Assembly: GCF_001949145.1 (NCBI RefSeq)
Contig: NW_019091361.1
Span: forward strand, 3,311,854 to 3,375,853
From: Acanthaster planci
Lineage: Eukaryota
Length of the DNA stretch: 64,000 nucleotides
Direction of reading: 5' to 3'
The notes below the pieces were generated by a model. It saw only the letters and a program-made list of their open reading frames with translations, was not told the DNA's origin and searched no databases. Position numbers and translations under genes: made by a program. This document shows, piece after piece, positions 55,100 through 64,000 of the stretch (within the stretch, counting starts at the first letter, position 1; every line of letters begins with the position of its first letter).

Positions 55100-58000
55100 T
55101 CTTTTAACCATTTAAAGTTGTCTATGCGGACAACAGAAGAAGCTGTTGCTGTTACTTCATTCAGAGAGTGCCCTGTTCCATTTATGTTTTCTGTTCAAAT
55201 TGTGAATTCAAGGTTTGCTCACTGAAGCATTCCTATAATAGCTTGCTGGCTTATAGAAATGAATTTGCTCAATATCCCACCAAAAAAGAGAACTTTGAAC
55301 AGCCACTTTAAAAATCCTGCTTTGGAGTGGGATACACAGATAAATGAAGCAGTTGTCCTCCCTGGGATGACATCACAGCTTTTCCCATACGGGTAATTCC
55401 AGAAATTAGAGGTCTATTATGTGTGTGTCCCTGTTACATCTGATATCTGATTTTGTAAGTTCAGAACACATTTTCTAATTTCCAAGAGTGATGAATTAAT
55501 GGAAATTACCAACCAAACGAACAGTAATAGTTTGAAATCAATTGCGGTGATATTTCCATGTCAAATAACAAAGGTCAGATGTAACAGGGACATAAAAATG
55601 TCTCACTTTTGGACCCCTAATTTCTGGAATTACCTATATGGACATTGCCATAAATAGAAGACACATAAAACACATCTTAAACAGGAGAAAAAAAAATTAG
55701 ATACAAGTTCAACTGAAACACAAAGGTATGTTTTCACGGGTCATAATGAAAACAATTGCATTGCATGGACCCTTTAAGGCTTTTGACGGAACAAGAAATC
55801 TGAACTTGATTCAAGCACAAGTACATGACATAAACTCATTCCATAATGTCACGTGCACACTTTCTACACCAAGCAAACAGGTATGAAATCACGCCTTTAC
55901 CGACATCTGGAGATGGACACCCCAGTGTCACCCTGATGTTGGGCTGTTCCAAGGATAAGGCACCTAAAATCTTCCTACACCCAGAAAAAGTTACTAAAAA
56001 GAAAAAAACAAGTTCAACTTAAAATAGATGTGTAGTTCTCAATGGTACACATAATAGTCCAATTACAATGCAAGTTTGAAAACCGTACAGACTGCAAGTG
56101 GATAGCAGGGGAAAAAGAATACTAAATTTTTTACAAGAACATATCACTGACAAGAAAATTCCATCAAAAGCTAGGAAAATAAATATTCTTAGTGTTCAAC
56201 ATGGTAGCAAAGACAAATTGCATTTCATTTGACGCTGTTGCATGTGGTGAAATTCTTGAGTTACTTTTTCAAGAAACAGATGCATATGTACACTGTAACA
56301 ATGAATGTTATAGGTTGCAAGTTTACAGCAGACAAGTTGATATTGTCGATGGGCACAGATGTACCAGAACACTAAGTCCCACTGATCTATCGTTCAAGTT
56401 TCCGTGAAGCTCTGTGAAGCTCTGTGCAGTAAAAACGACCACGTCAGAGTCAACATCAGGCCATAACTTCAAGTGTTGCTGCTGCTTGGTCCACAGGCCT
56501 ATTTGTGATGAGTTAGTTCCACTGCATTGTTTAAGATGACAGTGTAAACAAGATAAGATTCTTGCTGCATCCAAGGTCATCTGCCGTGTTCATACCGAAT
56601 CCTGCTGCAAAATCCTTCAGCAGTGAAGTCGGTGCAGTGCAAGAGACTGGAAGTTCACCTTCATCTCAGAGGGTTTTGTGACTGTTCACCACATTCAGTG
56701 GAGTTGATAAGCTTTAACGAAGACGAGTAGTCCACTATACAGATTGGTACAGATGTACATCACATTCCTCATCTTTAGGCATCCATTCACCAGTTCACTG
56801 TGAGGTACACTTCACTCGTAACCCTGAGTCAGGGACCCTTACCAGGTACTACCAACCGGGTCAGTTGGACCTGGGGCATGCAGTTGGCAGGGACAACCAC
56901 TCCCTGAAGAAGCTAGGAGCTTCCCTGCTACCCAACTCATTTCTCTCTCTAGTCTTAACCAAGTCCAAATGTCCAGTGTACATATGCATCTCCAATCTTC
57001 AAGAGCATGGCCTGAAGCCATTTTAGATGATTCACCATTAACCCAATATATTGTTTCAGAAAACAGCTAAGTGTTGTCTGCCACTGACAACTTGGCTTCT
57101 CAAGGGCAAATGACAATTGTTGCCTGATTTAATTAATGCTTCTGAAATTCTGCAACTTACAATGTTTGTGCAACAAGTTCTTCAAGTTGCTTTTAGTCTC
57201 CACGACTTCAGACAAATCAAGGCAATATTATTTCATAAATTGCACATAATAATATAAACATGGGCAAATAAATACACAAAATTAAAATATGGAAATTTAA
57301 CTTAACTTCCGAACTATAAGCATCACAACCACAAACTTGTATCAAACTAAAGAGAAAAAAGAAGACTTTTCATTTGGGTGGTGTGCTAAATGGAGTTAAA
57401 AACCAGTTTTGACCAAATTGTGGATATTTTGTTCTTATTTTGGCACCTTATTTAAACATGCAAAACTGTTATTGTAACTTTACCATGATATCAAAGAGAA
57501 AGGTTCATATTCTGAGCAAAAAACATTTAGGTTTGATTATCAGTCTAGTGCATGTTTAAACTTCTGGCAAAGATGTGTGGGCAAATTACAATGTAACTAG
57601 TAACCATAACTTTTAACTGATACAATTTTAACTGATAAGGGAAACTGAGCAATGATACATGTCAAAACCTCAATTTTAAGATCTGAAAATTTGTTGTCAA
57701 CCAAGATAACTTTAAAAAGTGAGGGGAAGAGATAAGTATTTATGTATTCAACCTTATCGGTTGGAAAATTCCACTCAAAAGACATGTCTATATATTGTAC
57801 TTCAGTCCATTGTTCAGTGTTTTTATAAAACATAATAATTAACATCTTTGTCTCAACTGTTCATTTACTCAATTTCCCTGCTGATGAAGTAGTATTTAAA
57901 AACAGACAAGGGATTTTGCATACTCCCCTAAAAATTACTCAACAAAACAGTTTTAAAGACAAAGATTCTTTGATTAATATAAAAAAAAAATTCAAAATTA

Positions 58001-61000
58001 TTGGAGTTTGGAGTGGGATGCCCCCATTTCTAAATTTTCAAACTCATTTATTGGTGATCTACTAGGGGCTGATTTAGTGCTGCAAGTGCACATCTGAAGC
58101 TTATAATAATGCCCTCTCACCAACAAATTACACTTAATTTGCAGATTCTGAATGCATGGCCATACACTCTTTTCTGCAAATATGAAGTCCTTCAAACATC
58201 CAGACAAAATAAAACTTGAAAAAATAACACAAGCTCTTCTTCACTTTGAAGCATTAGGGCACATTGGATTTTTAACATGTACTTGTGCTTGAACCTCTCA
58301 CTATTGGCTTTCCACATAACCATAACCCTAATCCTCCTCAATCCCTCACCTGTTGGAGGATTGAGGAGTGTTAGGTGTTGTTAAAGTTGAAATTTACAAT
58401 ACCACTCAATTCAAAGATAAAACATTCAACTTTAATAGAACTTGAACTGGTACATGTATATTGGCCAGTGTAAAAGAAACCACATTTTGTGAATTTACTT
58501 CACTTACATTTAAATGTCTCATATTATTTGTGACCAATGCGAAAATACGCTGCTCTAGCGGAATACCGGTACATGTACAAAATAAATAAAATATACTAAA
58601 CTTCATAACAAATAAACTTAAAATTAAATTTAAAATTAATTAAAAAGTTACTCTGAAAAATGATTAAAAAGTAAATTTTAAAAATCATTCTAAAAACTTA
58701 ATCTAGATATGAGTTTAAAAGTTATCTAAAATTCATTTAAAACTTGAAGTTGAAATAAATAAAAAGAATGAAAACAATAATAAACAAAACAAACCTATCT
58801 CTTGAAGAATTAACACTTTCCTTAAGGGAAGGCTTTTGCAGTGCTTGGTGGTGGCCAACATAATGATGCTTTTCTTTTGTGTTTTGAGCATGCATTACAT
58901 CAAACTTAGATCAAACTTAAGTCAAACAACAAAACCAGACTGTTCCATTTGCTGCCACCAATTATCTGAAAGATTTCCTGTTCCATTGATGAAAACTTTA
59001 GATTATTTTTCGAGAAAAAAGGCAGGTTTATTTCACAGCACCATCATAATGAAGTAGGTACACAATGTCTTGCAGTGGTCACATTTAAAACATACAAAAA
59101 GTTGCAACTGAATCACAAAAGAAGTAGTGACTTAACTGAAAACCCGTGATAAATTATTTTTCCATGAAAAAAAAAACAGTGAAAAATTTTAAAACTTTAA
59201 AATTTACAAATAGATAAATCCAGTAAGCCCCGCACACTTTGCATTTGTGCACTTAACACATGCTCTTCTTCAATACCACCCATGTTACAGCCGGGCATAT
59301 CACGTATGCGTATACATGTCAGACTTTCATGCCCGAGTGTCAGATATAAATTACAGTTGTGATTGGTCAGATAACAATAAGGCGAGGCTTAATGGATTGG
59401 TCTATTGAGCCATAGAAGAAGTGGTGAGCACATCCTGTCAACTCAAAGTTTAGCCTGTGTCACATGGAGCAATGTTTGAAACAGTATTTCGAGGGTCATA
59501 GATTAAAATGCCACTCAAGTCAATTTCATTGTTTCTTTATATAATTTCTAACCAATATCACGGACGCTGGCTAATTCAGTTCACTTCAATAGGGCACTGT
59601 AATTTTAGCCAAAACCATGTGAATGGCACCAACCTTCAGATGTTACATGTATTTGGCACAAGTTGTCACTCCTATTTGAAAATCTGAAAATCGCATCTGC
59701 ATTAAAGAAAGACAATTCTGGGAAGCTTTTTCTGAGATTGAAAATCATCACATGAAAATTTAGTCTTCAGCACTCAATCACATGTTTACGCGGAAGTAGG
59801 GAAAATGGGACTTAAATTGAAACCCCTTTCAGACAAAAACTTTAACATTTGTAATCAAGGAAAATATTTTGGGAAAATGGAAAACTTGAAATTTTCTAGC
59901 CCAATGCTGTCAATGTACATCACTTCCCTGAATCTGTAATGAAGCAGACACCCTTTTAGTAAATGTGTATTTTTGAAAGGTACAGTGCAAAAAAGACAAA
60001 GTTTAAAGTCATCTCTGACCTGTAGGTCAAGTAAGGACAGAACATACACTAGAGTCTTTCAATGATCAGTCCGTGTTGGGCATGGTCTTTTAATTATCAG
60101 CAGCATATCCAGCTTTTGGTGTCAGGGGGGGCAAGTTTAAAAGCAAAGGCCACTTTGGGCTCATTCGACATGATGTTGGGAAAGACCAAAAAGCAAAAGC
60201 CTTATACTCACGGTCCTGACATCCTCACTTTTATTTGCTGCTGTTGCATTCTTAGGGTTTGGGTCCTAATGTTATTATACCAATTCCTTTCTCTCCTACC
60301 TATACCTACAAAGTATTCTCTGTACAGAATATTTTAATAAATCCATCGGGGGGAACAGTTGCCCTCCCCCTGGGGCAACAGTGTCTTTTATCTGATGTAT
60401 AAATTGATTAATATAAAAGTAAATAACAAATGACCAAAAGTAAGGAAAATGCAGGAAAAACTTCACCGTACAGGAGACTAAGAGGCATCAGATGGAGCTG
60501 GTTTAAAAAATGAATTAGAACTGAGGATCAGGATATAATAACACATCAGCCTGGGCATTTATGGATATTAGAGAACAGAAGGGGGGTAAATACGCTGGGA
60601 AGCCTCCATCACTGGGACAGTTCACAGCAAATAATTCTAGAGATGACCAAACCTTCCAACTGACTGTTCACGAAAAGAGGCTGTCACAAGAGCCTGCTTT
60701 TCTACAAAACCTTGGTGACTTGTAGGACATGTACATGTATGTACATGGTATGTACATGTACATGAAGGCTTGAAGCAGACCCATGTAAGAAAAGTAATCA
60801 ACTCTGACTTTAATGTGTAATATAGAGTTTCATGAAAGCCTTTTTCAGTATTTACTAGCACTTCTGTTGCATGTACATTTACAAAGGAATTACAGTTTGA
60901 AACACACTGTGTGGATAGCATACTAAAAACTATAAATACAACTAAGCAACGCTGTCTCATACTGAATATACATGCAAGCCACACGTATGCTATTCATCTG

Positions 61001-63945
61001 GAAATATACCTCTCGGGTCGCATATATCATACTCATTCATGGAACAGCTATCATATGGAACTGTTAAAGTGAAAGTAATTTTAAACAATGAACCAAAATC
61101 TGTTATGTACTCCAGAAGATTATAATGATTTCACTCTCTGATAAGAAATGACAGACGTCTTACCTTGACAACTAAAAGTAGCAAGCCAAGATGAGCTGCA
61201 TGGGTACAGGCATGGAGATCCTCTGTGACTCATTCTTCCATTAACTTAGTCAGGAGGGTGCAGCTGGTCATCCGAGCTGAGACTACTGCCATCTTGGCTG
61301 TTTTTGGCTGCATGGTGACCCTTGCTGATGGATCCTTGGCCGTGGATTGGTTTCTTGAAGGAATGGGTCATCTGCCTCCATCACTTATCTAACCGGTAGT
61401 GCAGGTGCGTCCGTCAGTTCACAGTCAGAGTTGTCAAAAAATGATCTAGCAGTCTGCATAGCTTAGAGATGGCTAGGATGAGGGGGTTAAGCCACCAAAC
61501 ATTCTCCAAGTCACCACCTTTAAGACACTCCTACTCTATCCTCGGCTCCATTCGTTTCATAGAGGCACAAAGCCCAAGAAGTCTAAAAAGAGGTGGACCG
61601 TGTATAACTCCTGTGCAAAGTTTGCTGTGGTAGCAAATATCACCCCATGTTGCAAAAAAGGGATTGATTAATTAATACAAGATAAATATTGTTCAAATAG
61701 GCCACCTCAATATACAGTGTACATTTACCACATCTTGTTTTTTGCAGAAGTGGAAATCTGAAAAACAATATAGATGCAAGGGTTAAGACTGCATGAGCAG
61801 ATCACCACACAATTGTTTCATGTCGACATGATCCCTCCAAATTAATTTGGATATACGTAATTTCTTGAGGACTAACATTAAAATTTTGTTGATAACTCTT
61901 TCAGAGAAAGCAAACCATACTCAAGCAATAATTTTAGACCGTCTTGCAAACAAGAACAAACTTGTATCTTTTTTGATTTGCTAATAATCACATTTTGTAT
62001 CAAACAACAATCACGTTTCATTCAAAGTGGTTGCGTTTAGTAACCCTCTTGAGGCTGCACACATGCATGACACATTTCTGGTAGCAGGTGATACAAGTAA
62101 ATATATCTTTTCACACACAAAAAATTATCACCTCTTCTGGCAAATGTCAAATGCATGTACACGTGACTTGTCCACCATCCTCCTGTCAATTGCGGTCAAA
62201 TCACATTGATGAAAACAAACAGAGGAAGTAATTATATCACCCTCAGTGATTTAAAAACAGGCTGGGCCTGAACATGAAAAAATGTATTCAATTTTTAATC
62301 TTGTAACGTTACGCACATTCATTTATTTGAATGAAGAAAAATAATATTGACTGTCAGTGACAGCAAAAAGAAACCAGGATACAAATCATTCTCAAAATCA
62401 GGGCCAAATTGAATTTATGTGTCACAATTTCGAATACACATTTTTCAAACTTCTCCGGGAAAACACACATTTTTGTACACATGCACTTTTCTACACATAT
62501 CAGTGAGTTAAATCAATGCAGCAACTAACAGTGTAACTTATTTTCAGTCTTCTATTGGGCCTTACATTATTTTGGAGACATATTTTACTCCAGGCTGCTT
62601 TCTCTTTTTATTTATTTTTTTTGTTCCTTCATTCTTGCATGGTAAGATTCGCTTTACAGAACTTTGATCTAGAAGAAGCTTTCTTCATACGTTAGCACAT
62701 TAATTTGTTCATACATAATCAAAATGTTAGAAATTGTTAGAATATGCTCCAACTAGCCCCAATTAAAATTTTCCAACTAACCCAAGTGGCCCATGTGTCA
62801 TTTGTAAACTTACGGTACAAAATAGGAACTATCATAACACATCTGTAACCTTATGCGGTAGCTCAGCACTACAGTCTAAAACACCCAGTACATGTATAGG
62901 TGGGTAACAAGTCACTTTTACGAACATCAATCAGGCATACATTTTTGAATGCAGATGAAATATCATTAATGGATACTTGGACTTCTTCCCAAGTCAAATG
63001 TTCACTTGCTTTGGATAGTAAACTTAAAGTTTCTTCTTTGATAAAAAAAAATGTGTAAGTAAAAATGCTCGAAAAAAATACAGGGTGGGGGGGGAATGCA
63101 CACTGACTAATATGCATGGTAAGCTTTTAACAGCAGCAAGACTATGAATCAGACGAGCTACTGCAAATGCCATTCAAATCGAATATCTGGACAGTATCTT
63201 CATGCATGTATGTCCACATCATCTGCGAGCATCATCGTATGGTCACTGCAAGATTGCAGACCTATTTGTCCCATAATTTGACAAATATGTCAGCAGGTTA
63301 AGCATATAACTCTTACAACTAAATTTAGCAATGTTTGGCATTACAAATCTTGTTATTGTATCTTCCAGTCTGATGACATTCAGCTGTTCTCAGATGTGTA
63401 TTGTCTTCATGAAGTTTATCCTATCTACATGTATCAGTACCAATGTTCAAATGAGCAATTCACATTTTTTTATATTTTTCAATCTGCTGGTACATGTCTC
63501 GTAACACGAGAGTCCAATTTATGAAACACTATTAAAAGTAAGTCCAAATCTTCTACCAATTTCAAATAAAGTCACCCTTTGTTTTGACTAGAGTTAAGCA
63601 AGAGTGACGTGCTTTTGTACACAAAAAAATTGAAGATAACTAAATTCAATAAATTGCCCCAAAAAGCTGCATCATTTTTAAAACAGGCCAAGAGAATTAT
63701 TTCTGAAAAAAAGAAAAGAGGAAGTTGGACTGGTACAATTTCAAATACTTGATTGGCTCAAGCTCACCCAACAAAAATCAAGGTGCTAACTCCGACATGG
63801 CTAATTATGTTGCAGGATTTGGGACCTTGGGGTTAATGAACATCTGTCAAGTTCTCAGGTTTGTTGGTTTTCTTTCTCTAATTTGAATATCTTTGCGAAT
63901 CCTTGTCCAGGAAAAATGTCATCAGGAAGTTTCAATTTACATGCT
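55100..63945 (-). pseudogene. Highly decayed multi-exon coding remnants, possibly a KDZ/CxC-type transposon gene
   Basis: Exon-like blocks with splice signals, e.g. ~61163-61582 (TTTTAG| ... |GTAAGA) and ~58795-59107, plus a donor at the window end. Cys-rich fragments include DGGQVTCTC and FKCDHC..LLHYDG. All frames are broken. Confidence 0.3.
55390..55636. mobile_element. Tc1/mariner-type MITE
   Basis: TA on both sides. TIRs GGTAATTCCAGAAATTAG(A/G)GGTC, plus an inner inverted GTCCCTGTTACATCTGA pair. Confidence 0.8.
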
Positions 63946-64000
63946 ATAGATCTACATTCAAACATTTTTTGGACAAAATGTGAAAAAGTTGTAACTCACC

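Noticed and set aside
51800..57100. A convergent RAG2-like gene downstream of the RAG1-related transposase (ProtoRAG layout)
   Set aside because: No kelch-type GG repeats were recognised in the minus-strand frames examined. The element cannot be called ProtoRAG.
45422..62797. CACATGGTCC (45422) and inverted CACATGGGCC (62797) as RSS-like TIRs of one giant Transib element
   Set aside because: Only ~10 bp of similarity, no extension and no matching target-site duplication.

Overview
Eukaryotic (animal) genomic DNA with GT-AG introns and three assembly gaps (10359-11300, 34509-34698, 42828-43505). The close protein similarity to vertebrate orthologues, with different intron patterns and repeats, suggests an invertebrate deuterostome (inference). 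Left to right: (1) the last 7 exons of HERC1 (HECT domain, + strand). (2) An apparently intronless Ig-superfamily gene (signal peptide, V-type and C2-type domains, gap, then a duplicated 66-aa module with two ITIM-like motifs and a terminal ITSM-like motif). (3) A complete 22-exon HSD17B4/MFP-2 gene on the - strand (739 aa, PTS1 -AKL), with a GC-AG last intron and a duplicated, still in-phase copy of exon 1. (4) From about 35.5 kb, a transposon graveyard: MITEs, tRNA-derived repeats, a Gypsy integrase fragment, a hAT-like transposase abutting a deleted BEL/Pao element, a decayed Transib/Chapaev (RAG1-core-related) transposase preceded by a spliced companion gene, and a decayed multi-exon minus-strand gene with weak KDZ-like motifs. 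Exon boundaries were read by eye. Family calls rest on recalled motifs, not database searches.
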